From an uncultured archaeon (GTDB lineage: Archaea > Iainarchaeota > Iainarchaeia > Iainarchaeales > JAAZKV01): a stretch of 64,000 nt of DNA. Where the stretch lies: contig CAZUCF010000003.1 in NCBI GenBank assembly GCA_964619405.1, positions 25,192-89,191 of the forward strand, written 5' to 3'. The position numbers and the translations under genes are program-made. This document shows, one piece after another, positions 36,745-46,931 of this stretch. Below the pieces are notes generated by a model that was not told the origin of the DNA, did no database searches, and worked only from the letters and a program-made list of their open reading frames with translations. The stretch's first letter is position 1, and every line of letters starts with the position of its first letter.

Positions 36745-37902
36745 TTATTTGAGCCAAACTCCTTTCCCACCTTTTTCTAATATTTCAAATGCTTTTTTTA
36801 TCCTTACAATGTCAATGTCTCTTCCACCTAAACCAGAAATAAATCCTTCTACTTTTACTTTTTCATCTTTTAGGGCTGCTTTTACATCTAATGTAATTGC
36901 TCCTTCGCTTCCAAGTGAAACGTGTCTATCAATTATTCCCACTACTTTAAGATTTTTGCAAGCATTAATTATTTCTTTTACAGGGAAAGGCCTAAATGTT
37001 TTTAGTTTTATTAAACCAACTTTTTTTCCTTTACTCCTTAATTCTTCTACTACTACTCTTGCTGTTCCAACGCTTGTTCCGTTTGCTATTAATGCATATT
37101 CTGCATCATTCATTTCTATTAATTCTATTAAACCATTTCCATAACTTCTACCAAAAACACTAGCAAATTCTTTGTGAACTAGCGGAATTTCTTTTAATGC
37201 TTCTTGCATAGCTATTTGTTCGTGTTCGTGGAATTCAAAAAAACTATTTGGGAATGCTATTGGCCCAAAAGTTTTTGGATTATTTGTGTCCAAAATATCT
37301 TTTGGATTGTATTTTGGTAAGAATGAATCAACTTTTTCTTGTTCTTCTATTTGTACTGGTTCATAAACATGGCTTAATGCAAAACCATCAATACAAACCA
37401 TTACAGGCAAGGAAACATTTTCTTTTTCTGCTATTTTGTAAGCCATTAAAATTGTGTCAAACGCTTCTTGGCTTGATTCACAATACATTTGTATCCAGCC
37501 TTGGTCGCGTTCACTCATTGCGTCAGAGTGATCATTCCAAATATTTATTGGACCACTAATAGTTCTGTTTGCTACACTCATTACTGCTGGAAACCTTGAT
37601 GCCGAAATAATTGGGAGTATTTCGTGCATTAATGCTATTCCGTTTGATGCACTTGCAGTGAATGCTCTTACGCCTGTTGCATAAGCTCCAAATAATGCAC
37701 TTGCAGCACTATGCTCTGATTCAACATTAATCATTTCTGCTTTTAATTCTCCGTCATTAATAAATTCACTAATTTTTTCTGGTACAAGAGTACTTGGTGT
37801 TATAGGGTACATGGGGCAAACTTTTGGCCTGCAAAGTTTTACTGCTTCCGCAATCGCATCACTCCCACTTATTACAATTTTTTTAACCATGCATTTCACC
37901 AT
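36745..37902 (-). CDS. porA: pyruvate:ferredoxin oxidoreductase alpha subunit
   Basis: 385 aa, N-terminal GSDAIAEA...YPITPST and the context of a G-D-A-B operon. Confidence 0.9.
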   Translation of the reverse strand: MVKCMVKKIVISGSDAIAEAVKLCRPKVCPMYPITPSTLVPEKISEFINDGELKAEMINVESEHSAASALFGAYATGVRAFTASASNGIALMHEILPIISASRFPAVMSVANRTISGPINIWNDHSDAMSERDQGWIQMYCESSQEAFDTILMAYKIAEKENVSLPVMVCIDGFALSHVYEPVQIEEQEKVDSFLPKYNPKDILDTNNPKTFGPIAFPNSFFEFHEHEQIAMQEALKEIPLVHKEFASVFGRSYGNGLIELIEMNDAEYALIANGTSVGTARVVVEELRSKGKKVGLIKLKTFRPFPVKEIINACKNLKVVGIIDRHVSLGSEGAITLDVKAALKDEKVKVEGFISGLGGRDIDIVRIKKAFEILEKGGKGVWLK

Positions 37903-37941
37903 TAATTTTTTTCTTCAAAAATAAATTTTTTTTAATTAAAA

Positions 37942-38220
37942 TTATTTTTCCTCCACTTTGTGACTAATACATCTTACTGGGCACACTTTTTCACAGATTA
38001 AGCATCCTTTACAATAATCATAATTTATTTCAAAGAACCCGTCTTTTGTTTTTCTTATTGCTCCATCAGGACAATTCATCCAACATTTACCACACTTAAT
38101 ACATTTTGATTTATCAATTGATGGTTTAAATGTTCTCCAGTCACCAGTCTTATATTTTTTTGTTGAACCGGGTTCTCTAATCACTGCACCTTTACTAAAA
38201 CCTAATTTTTTTTCAATCAT
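37942..38220 (-). CDS. porD: pyruvate:ferredoxin oxidoreductase delta subunit (2x[4Fe-4S])
   Basis: CIKCGKCWMNCP and CKGCLICEKVCP cluster motifs. Confidence 0.85.
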   Translation of the reverse strand: MIEKKLGFSKGAVIREPGSTKKYKTGDWRTFKPSIDKSKCIKCGKCWMNCPDGAIRKTKDGFFEINYDYCKGCLICEKVCPVRCISHKVEEK

Positions 38221-38756
38221 TCTTTGCCACCCGCCGATTTGTAAACTTTTCTAATTGCTTCTAAATTTTTTTCTATGATTGGTCCTTTTGAACCCATTTG
38301 TTCATAAATTGCTTTTTCAAGTCCAACAAGAGACACTTCTTTTGTTACTGCAGCAAATGCTCCAAGAGCAGCAATATTTACAAATGGTTTACCAATTTCT
38401 TCAAGAGCAATTTTTGTAATATCAACGCACACAACTTTTGCTTTTGTTTTTATATTAAGTTCTTCTGGTTTTTTATTTGAATTAATTATTATTGTATCAA
38501 AAACATTTTCTGTTAAACCATTTAGAAGAGTTGCATCAAGAACTATTGCATAATCTGCTTCATAAACTTGTTCTCGTAGATTTATTTTTTGTTCATCAAT
38601 TCTTGCATAACTTCGAACAGGTGCACCCATTCTTTCAACACCAAAATTTGGGAAAGCTTGAGAAAATTTTCCATCAATAAACGCAGCAATTGCTAGTACT
38701 CTTGAAGAAGTTACTGCTCCTTGGCCACCTCTCCCCAAAAAAATTATTTGTTTCAT
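38217..38756 (-). CDS. porG: pyruvate:ferredoxin oxidoreductase gamma subunit
   Basis: GRGGQGAVTSSRVLA motif. ATG at 38756. Confidence 0.85.
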   Translation of the reverse strand: MKQIIFLGRGGQGAVTSSRVLAIAAFIDGKFSQAFPNFGVERMGAPVRSYARIDEQKINLREQVYEADYAIVLDATLLNGLTENVFDTIIINSNKKPEELNIKTKAKVVCVDITKIALEEIGKPFVNIAALGAFAAVTKEVSLVGLEKAIYEQMGSKGPIIEKNLEAIRKVYKSAGGKE

Positions 38757-38910
38757 TTTATCACAAAAATTTTTAATATAACAATAAACCAAAACTTTAG
38801 TTTAACTAACATTTTAATTCAATAAATGTTAAAAAAGTAATGTATTTCAATTATAAAAAGTTAATTCAACAAAGTTTAAAAAGCAAACTAACAGACGAAA
38901 TTGTATTCGT

Positions 38911-39393
38911 TTATTGACGAACAGGGTTTATTTCTTTCCAATAAATTCTGTCACCAAATTGTGTCCTTGAATTAAAACCCATTCTTTTTAATACATTAAA
39001 TCCACCAGTTGCTTCAAATCTAACATAATTCACTCCGGCTTTTTTTAATACATCAAGTGCTTCTGCAACAATTTGGGTATAAAGTCCTTTTTCTCGCATT
39101 GTTTTTTTGACAAAAGCATCTGAAAAACTCGCTTGCGAGTAATCACCAATTCTTTGTATTTTAATATTTAGTTTTCCTATTTCAGAACCATTTCTTTCAA
39201 GACTAATTAATACTGAATTTTTTTTTGGGTAAAAAAAAGTTTTTTGTTTTATTGGTTTTCCAACACCCCTTATTATTCTTTCATGAAAATTTGGTCTTGC
39301 ACCAACACTATTTTTTTTAACCACACTTTTTTTTTGTTTAATAGAAACGTGCATCCCACTAAATTTTTTTGGAACTATTTTTTTTATAGGCAT
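38911..39393 (-). CDS. hypothetical protein (possible minimal GNAT-like fold)
   Basis: A basic N-terminus, then REKGLYTQIVAEALDVLKKAGVNYVRFE, which weakly resembles a GNAT acetyl-CoA-binding core. Confidence 0.3.
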   Translation of the reverse strand: MPIKKIVPKKFSGMHVSIKQKKSVVKKNSVGARPNFHERIIRGVGKPIKQKTFFYPKKNSVLISLERNGSEIGKLNIKIQRIGDYSQASFSDAFVKKTMREKGLYTQIVAEALDVLKKAGVNYVRFEATGGFNVLKRMGFNSRTQFGDRIYWKEINPVRQ

Positions 39394-39395
39394 AA

Positions 39396-40208
39396 TTATA
39401 ACTTGATTTTTGTACTTTTTATTTCTTTTCCGAGTAAAGAATTTTCTAGATTCTTTTCAACAAACAAAGAAAATATTTCAGCGGGAACCCCGCTAAGTGT
39501 TTCAGCTAATTTTTCTAATTTTCCTTTCATTCCACCAGTAACATCAACTGAATTAGATTCTCCACATTGATTTAGAACTTCTTCTAAATTTTCTTTATTT
39601 ATTTCTTCAATTAAAATAGCACTTAAATCAATTTTGGGGTCTGCTGTAAAAATTCCATCAACATCTGTTCCCATCAAAACTTTTTTTGGAGCCAAATGTT
39701 TTGCTGTTTGCGCAATTACTTGGTCGCCCGACATTACACTCCACCCAAAACTTTTATCAGGAACCATTGTCCCAGTAGTTATTGGAATTATTCCTTCTTC
39801 TAAACATTTTTTGTATTCTTCTAAATTAAACGAGATTACTTTTCGTTCGTTTTGAACACAAATATCTGTTCCTAAAATTAGTTTTGATTTTATTCCAAAT
39901 TTTTCAAGTGCTTTAATTGTTTCATTTCCAACATAAGCACAATCTTTTTTTGTTTTTTCTACACCTTCTTCTTGTTCTCGCGTTTCTATTTTTCCATTTA
40001 AATTATAATTTACAACATTAGTGTGTCCAAATGGCCCAACACCACAAACAAGAATTATTTTTAAATCAGGATTTTTATCAAGTGCATTTTTTATTTCTTT
40101 GGCTGAGCGATTTAGAATTTCATAATTCATTTCAAATTTATTATCAGCTTTTTTTGTGATTGAAGAACCACCAAGTTTTAGAATTACTAAGTTATCCAAA
40201 ATAATCAC
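39396..40208 (-). CDS. ipk: isopentenyl phosphate kinase
   Basis: Amino-acid-kinase fold, VILKLGGSSITKK, GVGPFGH. Lies in the mevalonate cluster. Confidence 0.8.
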   Translation of the reverse strand: MIILDNLVILKLGGSSITKKADNKFEMNYEILNRSAKEIKNALDKNPDLKIILVCGVGPFGHTNVVNYNLNGKIETREQEEGVEKTKKDCAYVGNETIKALEKFGIKSKLILGTDICVQNERKVISFNLEEYKKCLEEGIIPITTGTMVPDKSFGWSVMSGDQVIAQTAKHLAPKKVLMGTDVDGIFTADPKIDLSAILIEEINKENLEEVLNQCGESNSVDVTGGMKGKLEKLAETLSGVPAEIFSLFVEKNLENSLLGKEIKSTKIKL

Positions 40209-40597
40209 TCAAATTCAATTGTCCCTTCTTCACCATTTACTTTTGCTTTCTTTACATCTTTTAATTTTTCAATATCAATTTTATCAATGCATGAAATTTC
40301 AGAAATTATTGCTCCAACAGCAACTATTGTTTCACATTCTTTATTCACTAAAGCTAACGGAGCTGTTCCTTGTTTTTTCATTCGATATAGTGCATAACTT
40401 CCAACAGTTGAACCTTTCCCTTGAGGAAAAACTAAAACTTTCCCAGTAATACATACCCCTTCAAGCGGGTGACCGCTTTCTGCAACTATTCCAGTATCTG
40501 GATTCACTCCTCCAAAAAAACTAATTCCTTCTGTTGTATAAAGTACTTCGCCTTCTGCTTTTCCTTTTGCAATTGTTCTTCCTTTTAGTGTACTCAT
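40205..40597 (-). CDS. aconitase X swivel-domain protein (DUF126): phosphomevalonate dehydratase small subunit
   Basis: About 130 aa, GKAEGEVL...SFFGGVNP...FPQGKGSTVG. ATGA overlap with the large subunit. Confidence 0.75.
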   Translation of the reverse strand: MSTLKGRTIAKGKAEGEVLYTTEGISFFGGVNPDTGIVAESGHPLEGVCITGKVLVFPQGKGSTVGSYALYRMKKQGTAPLALVNKECETIVAVGAIISEISCIDKIDIEKLKDVKKAKVNGEEGTIEFE

Positions 40598-41778
40598 TCT
40601 ACCACTTCTCCACATGCTTCTTTTACTAAGTTTTCAATTGACATTATTTTTACTTTAAAATTATTTTTTGCTGCTCCATAATAACATCCTTTTGCTGAAT
40701 CTGTTGCTAAACACTTAAAGCGTCCTTTTATTGGTGCTACTACACAGCAGGTATCACACGCAAATTTTGCTCCAGCTTCTTCTATTATTTTTACATAACC
40801 AATTTCTTCTGCTTGTTTTTTTATTGGTCTAGCAGTTGTAACCCAAAATTCTTTTACAACTTTTTTTCCTTCTAAGAGTTTTGCTAATTTTTCAAGTTCT
40901 TTTAAACTACAATGTGGACAACCAACACTCACAAAATCAACTTCACAATTATCATTTAAACTCGCAAGTGCTTTATCAATTTCTTCTTTTGTAACAGTAA
41001 TTGACTCGTCTGGAACTTGCGTTTTGTTTGGAGTTAAACCCTCCATGTGAAATATTGCTGCTCCACCATATGTTGCAATACTCGCTCCAAATGATTTTAA
41101 TTCTTCTACACTTGCCTCTTTTATTCCAACAATATAAGCTGGTTTGTTTTTTATTTTTTCTCCAATTACTTTTCCAAGTGCCCCAAAATATTCTGTTCCT
41201 TTGATTTTTGTTTCTACACTTACTTTTACTTTTGCAGCTCTGTTTTCATCTAAATGCATTCCATAAAGAGGAGTTTTTCCTGTTAATGCAGAAGCTAAAG
41301 CACTTGGCCCGCCTTCCCTGTTTGTGTATGCTCCAAGAACTGAGTTACAATATGCAACAGCACTACTTTCACTCCAAGCAACATGTTGACCTTCTTTAGG
41401 TTTATTTCCAATAAAATATGGTGTGCAAGTACAAGTTGTTTTTACACCCATTTGTGCAAATGAATCAATTACTGCTTTTTGTTTTTCTGCGAATTCTTTT
41501 GTCATTCCAAGAGCTTCCCAATTTTCAAGGTCCATTCCTGCTGGATTAAGCGTTGTTAAAACTTTTACGCGTCCATCTTTTGCAAGTTCTGCTAAGTATT
41601 CTAGACCAGCGTCCCCTAAATTATCATAACTTACTCCTGCAATTTGTACGCTTGTAACATCAACTAGTTTTTCTGCACCATAAATTTCTCCAAGGGCAAT
41701 TAATATTTCCATTGATTTTTTTACAGCATTTCCTTCTTTTCCATCAGCCATTTCTTGTTCTTGTTTTGTTAATAACAT
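40594..41778 (-). CDS. aconitase X catalytic-domain protein (DUF521): phosphomevalonate dehydratase large subunit
   Basis: 394 aa, a DUF521-like sequence with Cys ligand candidates (TCTCTPY, GCPHCS, ACDTCCVV). Mevalonate cluster context. Confidence 0.75.
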   Translation of the reverse strand: MLLTKQEQEMADGKEGNAVKKSMEILIALGEIYGAEKLVDVTSVQIAGVSYDNLGDAGLEYLAELAKDGRVKVLTTLNPAGMDLENWEALGMTKEFAEKQKAVIDSFAQMGVKTTCTCTPYFIGNKPKEGQHVAWSESSAVAYCNSVLGAYTNREGGPSALASALTGKTPLYGMHLDENRAAKVKVSVETKIKGTEYFGALGKVIGEKIKNKPAYIVGIKEASVEELKSFGASIATYGGAAIFHMEGLTPNKTQVPDESITVTKEEIDKALASLNDNCEVDFVSVGCPHCSLKELEKLAKLLEGKKVVKEFWVTTARPIKKQAEEIGYVKIIEEAGAKFACDTCCVVAPIKGRFKCLATDSAKGCYYGAAKNNFKVKIMSIENLVKEACGEVVE

Positions 41779-41851
41779 TTTTTCACCAAAAAAATTTACA
41801 ATAAATTTATTACAATTATTTTAAATTAATTTTATAAACCACTTTAAAATC

Positions 41852-43138
41852 TTATAAATAATCTTTAATATTATATTCTGGAAATTTTTGTTTTGTCATT
41901 TCACAAACCCTATTAAGCGGCATTGTTAAATCAAATCCTGCTTTACAAGTGAGTCTTGTATTTGGATCACCACTTGGATCAAGTGAAGAACCTTTTTCTC
42001 CAGGAAAAGTATACAAATCTTTATCTGCTTGAAATCTTGTAGCCATTGCCCATTCTACTTCTAGTGGATTATAGATATTTATATCTTTATCAACTACAAA
42101 AAAATGTTTTCCACTAGTGTGCCCTTTCATTGCAGCAAGAATCGCATTTTTTCCTTCTTCATCACTTTTTTTATTTATTTTTATTAAAACATGTAACCAA
42201 CTTGTTCCTCCAGGATTAACTGAAACATCAACTATATCTATTCCTGATTTTTTTACTTCTTGGAAAACAGTTGGTTCTCTTGGCATCCCCATTAATATTT
42301 TATGTTCAAACCCACCAGGAAGTAATGCATGGTAAATATAATTTGGTCTTGTGTAAATTTTTTCAACTGTAAATGTTGGTTCTTCTCTTATTATGTCTGG
42401 TGTTTCGGTTAGATCAACAAATGGACCTTCACTATGTTTTTGATTTAGACTTAAAGTTCCTTCCATTATTATTTCTGCATCTGCTGGAAGAATTGCATCA
42501 AAAGTTTTTGCTTTTATTACTTTGATTGGTTTTAGAGTATTTGCAATTGTTAATTCATTAACTCCTATTGGAGGAGCCATTGCAGCAGCTAAAAGTGTTT
42601 CTCCTCCGCAACCAATACAATATGCAGCTTTTACTTCCCCATTATTTTTTTTAAGAATTTCCATTGTGTTTCTTTCAAGAATTCTAAGAACGATTTTATT
42701 TTTATCAAATACCATCCCTCTATGAAAGCATACATTTTGTCCTAGTTCAGAATCTTTTACTATTATTATTCCTGAAGAAACATATGGCCCACCATCTGCC
42801 TTTGTATGTGTTAAAATTGGAATTTTTTCAAGATCTACTTCTTGATCTTGGTGGTCTGTATTTGTTACAACTTCTGGTTCGCTTGGTTTTTTTAGAGCAT
42901 TAATCATTTTTGGAACAAGATCTTTTACTTTACACTTAAGATATTTTGCTACTTTTTCTTTTGAGGCAAAAACATTTACCGCTACGCGGTTTTCATTTTC
43001 TTTTACGTTTTCAAAAAGAATCATTTCGTCTTTTGTAGAATGAACTATTCCACTTAACTCTAAATTTTTTGATACTTCTTTTGTTATTCTTATTTCGGCA
43101 TTATTTTCAACAAATTCTCTCAGGGTCATTGTTTCCAC
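41852..43138 (-). CDS. UbiD-family decarboxylase (anhydromevalonate phosphate decarboxylase candidate)
   Basis: 428-aa UbiD-like protein, adjacent to and overlapping ubiX and next to the AcnX genes. Confidence 0.7.
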   Translation of the reverse strand: METMTLREFVENNAEIRITKEVSKNLELSGIVHSTKDEMILFENVKENENRVAVNVFASKEKVAKYLKCKVKDLVPKMINALKKPSEPEVVTNTDHQDQEVDLEKIPILTHTKADGGPYVSSGIIIVKDSELGQNVCFHRGMVFDKNKIVLRILERNTMEILKKNNGEVKAAYCIGCGGETLLAAAMAPPIGVNELTIANTLKPIKVIKAKTFDAILPADAEIIMEGTLSLNQKHSEGPFVDLTETPDIIREEPTFTVEKIYTRPNYIYHALLPGGFEHKILMGMPREPTVFQEVKKSGIDIVDVSVNPGGTSWLHVLIKINKKSDEEGKNAILAAMKGHTSGKHFFVVDKDINIYNPLEVEWAMATRFQADKDLYTFPGEKGSSLDPSGDPNTRLTCKAGFDLTMPLNRVCEMTKQKFPEYNIKDYL

Positions 43139-43683
43139 CTGTTATAATTATTATTTTTTATCCCTAATAAGTCTAACGCTTTTCCAATAATAAAATCTTC
43201 TAAATCACTTATCTGTTTTGGTTTTCCATAAAAACCTGGACTAAGAGGAAAAATTATCCCACCATATTTTGATATTGTCGCTAATTGTTCTAAGCATGGC
43301 CCGCTCAAAGGAGTTTCTCTTAAACCAATTATTAATGGTTTTTTGTATCGGAGCATTATGTCAGCGCACCTTGTAATGAGGGTTGATGTGTGAGCATTAG
43401 CTATTTCTGAAATTGTTTTTACTGATGCTGGAATTATTATCATTCCATCTATTAGAAAACTTGAAGAAGATATTTTTGCAGCCATATCTTTGTTTGAATA
43501 ATTTTTGGAAGCTAATTTTTTTAATTCTAAAATTTTTTTGTTTGTTTCTTGTTCAAAAACTTTTTCTGCCCACTCGCTAATAATTAAGTGTGTTTCAATT
43601 TTTTGTTTTTTTAATTCTTTTAGTAAAGCAAGTGCATAGTTTGTTCCACTCGCACCAGTTACTCCGACAATAATTTTTTGCAT
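43126..43683 (-). CDS. ubiX: flavin prenyltransferase UbiX
   Basis: IIVGVTGASG, PASVKT. About 185 aa. Confidence 0.85.
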   Translation of the reverse strand: MQKIIVGVTGASGTNYALALLKELKKQKIETHLIISEWAEKVFEQETNKKILELKKLASKNYSNKDMAAKISSSSFLIDGMIIIPASVKTISEIANAHTSTLITRCADIMLRYKKPLIIGLRETPLSGPCLEQLATISKYGGIIFPLSPGFYGKPKQISDLEDFIIGKALDLLGIKNNNYNRWKQ

Positions 43684-43717
43684 AAAAATAACCAAAACTA
43701 AAATTAATTAAAAAAAT

Positions 43718-44653
43718 TTAACTTATTTTTGCTTTTATTAGAGAATAATTTTTTGCTTGTAGTAATTCAAAGATTTTGTTTTGCTGTTGTTCTGTTTCAC
43801 ACAATATTATTACATTGCCCCCACAACCAGCACCAGTAACTTTTGCTCCCAAGCAATTCTCAAATGTAGCTGTTTTAATTATTTCTTCTGCTTCTTTGCA
43901 AGAAACACTTATTTTTCTTAGTAATTCTTGGTTCTGGTTCATTAGGTTACCAATTTCTTTTAGGCCACCAAATTTTAATTCTTGTTTTGCTTTTACAACA
44001 ATTTTTTTGTAATCTGAAAAAATTTTTTCAAATTCTTTTTTGTTTTCTTCTTTTTTCTTTGCAACCATTTCAACTATTTGTTTTGTACTCTCTTTTTTTA
44101 CTCCTGTGTCAACAACTAACAAGTATAATGTTTTAGCACACTTCAATAATTTAATATTGTTTTTCCCACCACCCTTGTTTTTTTCGAAAAGGATTGTTGT
44201 CCCATATGTTGCACAAGTATTATCTATTCCTGATGGGGTACCATGAGAAACTTTCTCGCATTCAAATGCTAAATCATTTATTTCTTCTTCTTTTAAATCC
44301 AAATTTAAGTGTTGTGATGTTGCGCGAGCCATTGCTACTGCTAGTGAAGCTGACAAACCCATTCCACCGCCAGGAACAGCGTTACCAGAAAAAGTAATTT
44401 TTATTTTGTTTAAACCATATTTTTCTATTATTGGTTTGAATATTCTGCTTTTAATGTGCTCTGGATTCTTTTTAATGTCAATTTTTTCTTTAAAGAATAC
44501 TGGGTCGTCTATAATAATCGTATCATCGTTTATCGGAGCAATTTTTATTTCAACGAACCTGTCTATTCCTGATGCTATTCCTGGTAAACCATAGACAACA
44601 AAGTGTTCTCCGAACAAAATTATTTTTGAATAACCTTTTCCTATTGCAACCAT
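43718..44653 (-). CDS. mvk: mevalonate kinase
   Basis: GHMP kinase motifs KIILFGEHFVVYG, VPGGGMGLSASLAVA, KVTGAGCGG. Confidence 0.85.
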   Translation of the reverse strand: MVAIGKGYSKIILFGEHFVVYGLPGIASGIDRFVEIKIAPINDDTIIIDDPVFFKEKIDIKKNPEHIKSRIFKPIIEKYGLNKIKITFSGNAVPGGGMGLSASLAVAMARATSQHLNLDLKEEEINDLAFECEKVSHGTPSGIDNTCATYGTTILFEKNKGGGKNNIKLLKCAKTLYLLVVDTGVKKESTKQIVEMVAKKKEENKKEFEKIFSDYKKIVVKAKQELKFGGLKEIGNLMNQNQELLRKISVSCKEAEEIIKTATFENCLGAKVTGAGCGGNVIILCETEQQQNKIFELLQAKNYSLIKAKIS

Positions 44654-44740
44654 TTTATCACTAAAAAATTAATTAAAAATTATAAACTATTTAATATTAA
44701 ATTGGTTAAAAACAATTAAAAAAAGTTGTTTTTAGATTAA

Positions 44741-45157
44741 TCAGAATTTTGGCCTAAACTTTGTTCCGTAGTGGATTACGCCTTTTTCTCCACTCTTATA
44801 AAATTTTTTGAAAACTGCTTCTACTTCTAAACCAATTTTTAGTTCTTCGTATTTGCAATCAATTATTTGTGCTGTCATTCTTGCTCCTTCTACCAAATCA
44901 ATTATTGCAATAGAGTAAGGTGTTTGTTCTGAAAAGAATTCTGGACCAGAATGTATTTGTGTGAATGAAACTATTCTTCCTTTCCCAGAGAATTGCATTT
45001 CAGCGTAATCAAGGTTTCCGCAAGTACACAAACCTTTTTTTTCAAAGTATGTTGCGCCACACTTTGTACACTTGTAACCTGTTAATTTGTATCTGTCTGA
45101 ATAATTTCTCCACCTTATTATTGAGCTTTCTCTAAACATTTTTATTACCTCTAACAT
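44741..45157 (-). CDS. DUF35 OB-fold/zinc-ribbon protein (thiolase-HMGS scaffold)
   Basis: Zinc ribbon CTKCGATYF...CTCG followed by an OB-fold region. Typically partners archaeal thiolase and HMG-CoA synthase. Confidence 0.75.
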   Translation of the reverse strand: MLEVIKMFRESSIIRWRNYSDRYKLTGYKCTKCGATYFEKKGLCTCGNLDYAEMQFSGKGRIVSFTQIHSGPEFFSEQTPYSIAIIDLVEGARMTAQIIDCKYEELKIGLEVEAVFKKFYKSGEKGVIHYGTKFRPKF

Positions 45158-45161
45158 TAAT

Positions 45162-45467
45162 TTATTTTTTGTTTGTTCTAATTATTGCTCTCCTAATTTT
45201 TTGGTTTAAACGTGGTTTTCTTAATTCTACTGCTTTTTGTCTTCTTTGTTTTGCAATTGATTCCAAATACTCTTTTTTATTTTTCTTTGTTTGAATGTGA
45301 TCACTCTGAAGATTATCAAAAATCTTTTCAGATGTTTGACTTGCTCTTTTCAAAGAATTTGCTCTCAATTTTCTTGTTATTGCAATTCTTTTTGAAATAT
45401 TCTTTGTTTTCCCTGCTAAAGCATACTTGCTTATTCTTCTTGTTCTTGGAATACTCATTTCAATCAA
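45162..45467 (-). CDS. highly basic hypothetical protein (101 aa)
   Basis: ORF between thiolase and the DUF35 gene. Arg/Lys-rich with no motif. Confidence 0.3.
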   Translation of the reverse strand: MIEMSIPRTRRISKYALAGKTKNISKRIAITRKLRANSLKRASQTSEKIFDNLQSDHIQTKKNKKEYLESIAKQRRQKAVELRKPRLNQKIRRAIIRTNKK

Positions 45468-45527
45468 ACCTCATTAAAACTTTTATTATAATGTTTTTTT
45501 TTATTTTAATATATTTTTAATTTAATA

Positions 45528-45689
45528 TTACTTCAACCTCTTAAAAACATGCACGCAAGCTGTTGCCCCGGAACGGCTTGCTCCGTTCACACGCGCACTG
45601 TCTTCGCAAGCTCGACAGAGCTTATTCAAATCAAAAAAAAAACATTTTACTTCAACCTCTTAAAAACATGCACGCAAGCTGTTGCCCCG
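45528..45689 (-). repeat. 43-bp direct duplication of the thiolase 3' end flanking a 76-nt GC-rich insert
   Basis: ttacttcaacctcttaaaaacatgcacgcaagctgttgccccg occurs identically at 45528..45570 and 45647..45689. The intervening 45571..45646 contains the hairpins gaacgg-cttgct-ccgttc and ctgtc...gacag. Confidence 0.85.
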
Positions 45690-46804
45690 CTTCCACCAAC
45701 ATTGTGTGTTACTCCCACTGTTGCATTTGTTACTTGTCTTCCTTTTGCTTCGCCCCTTAATTGCATTGTTGCTTCTATTGCTTGTTTTACTCCTGTTGCT
45801 CCAACTGGATGTCCACAAGCTTTTAAGCCACCACTCGTATTTATGGGGTGTTTTCCATCAAAGTAAGTTTCCTTGTTTTCATATAATTTGTATGCTTCGC
45901 CTTCTTTTGCAAAACCAAGTGCTTCAACAGCCATTACTTCTGCAATAGTAAAACAATCATGAACCTCTGCAAAACTAATTTCTTTTGTTGTTACGCCTGC
46001 TTGTTTGTATGCTTGTTCTGCAGCAGTTTTTCCAGCAGGAATTGCTGTTAATGTTTTTCTTCTAGCTAAGGATAATGAGTCAGTTGCTAATCCTGAACCA
46101 GTAATATAGACTTCTGAATTCATTTTTTTTGCTACTTCTTCTTTTGCAATTATTATTGTTGCAGCTCCATCAGTTACTGGAGAACAATCAAATAATCGTA
46201 GTGGGTCAGCAACCATTGTTGAAGAAAGTACTGTTTCTTTTGTTATTTCTTTTTTGAATTGACAATAAGAATTGCGTGCTCCATGAAAATGATTTTTTAC
46301 GCTAACCTCTGCAAGTAAATCTCTTGTTAAATTAGGGTATTTGTTCATGTAAGAGTTTGCTAGTAAAGCATATAACCCAGGAAAAGTTAGCCCATTAAAT
46401 CCTTCTAGTTCTTCATCACCAGCACCCATGAGTGCTGTTGTTACTTGGCTAACGTCAACATCAGTCATTTTTTCTACACCATTAACCATCACTATTTCTG
46501 CTTGTCCACTTTCTATTGCATTTATTCCTTCGCGCAGTGCTATTGCCCCTGATGCACAAGCTCCTTCTACCCTAATACTTGGTTTATCTAAATTAAGGTT
46601 TTCTGTTGCCATTGCGCCGACATGGACTTGACCTGACAAAGAATCACCTAACATGTTTCCAGTGAACATTGCGTCTATTTGCTCTGGAACAATTTTTGCG
46701 TCATTAATTGCTCTTAATTGCGAATCCAATAATAATTCTCTTAGGCCTCTATCCCAAATTTCCCCGAACTGGGTAATTCCTATTCCTAGTACTCCTACTT
46801 TCAT
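45647..46804 (-). CDS. acetyl-CoA acetyltransferase (archaeal thiolase)
   Basis: Active-site Cys VEGACASG, GHPVGATG, NVGGSGA. Confidence 0.9.
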   Translation of the reverse strand: MKVGVLGIGITQFGEIWDRGLRELLLDSQLRAINDAKIVPEQIDAMFTGNMLGDSLSGQVHVGAMATENLNLDKPSIRVEGACASGAIALREGINAIESGQAEIVMVNGVEKMTDVDVSQVTTALMGAGDEELEGFNGLTFPGLYALLANSYMNKYPNLTRDLLAEVSVKNHFHGARNSYCQFKKEITKETVLSSTMVADPLRLFDCSPVTDGAATIIIAKEEVAKKMNSEVYITGSGLATDSLSLARRKTLTAIPAGKTAAEQAYKQAGVTTKEISFAEVHDCFTIAEVMAVEALGFAKEGEAYKLYENKETYFDGKHPINTSGGLKACGHPVGATGVKQAIEATMQLRGEAKGRQVTNATVGVTHNVGGSGATACVHVFKRLK

Positions 46805-46931
46805 ACAACCGCCCAGCCGGTTGACGTCTGTATTTTGCTATTGCAAAATTTTTTGTCAACTTTATAATCATTCATAAATATTACCTAATTTTTTAAAAAA
46901 AATTCTTTTGATAAAACTTTTTTTAAAAGTT

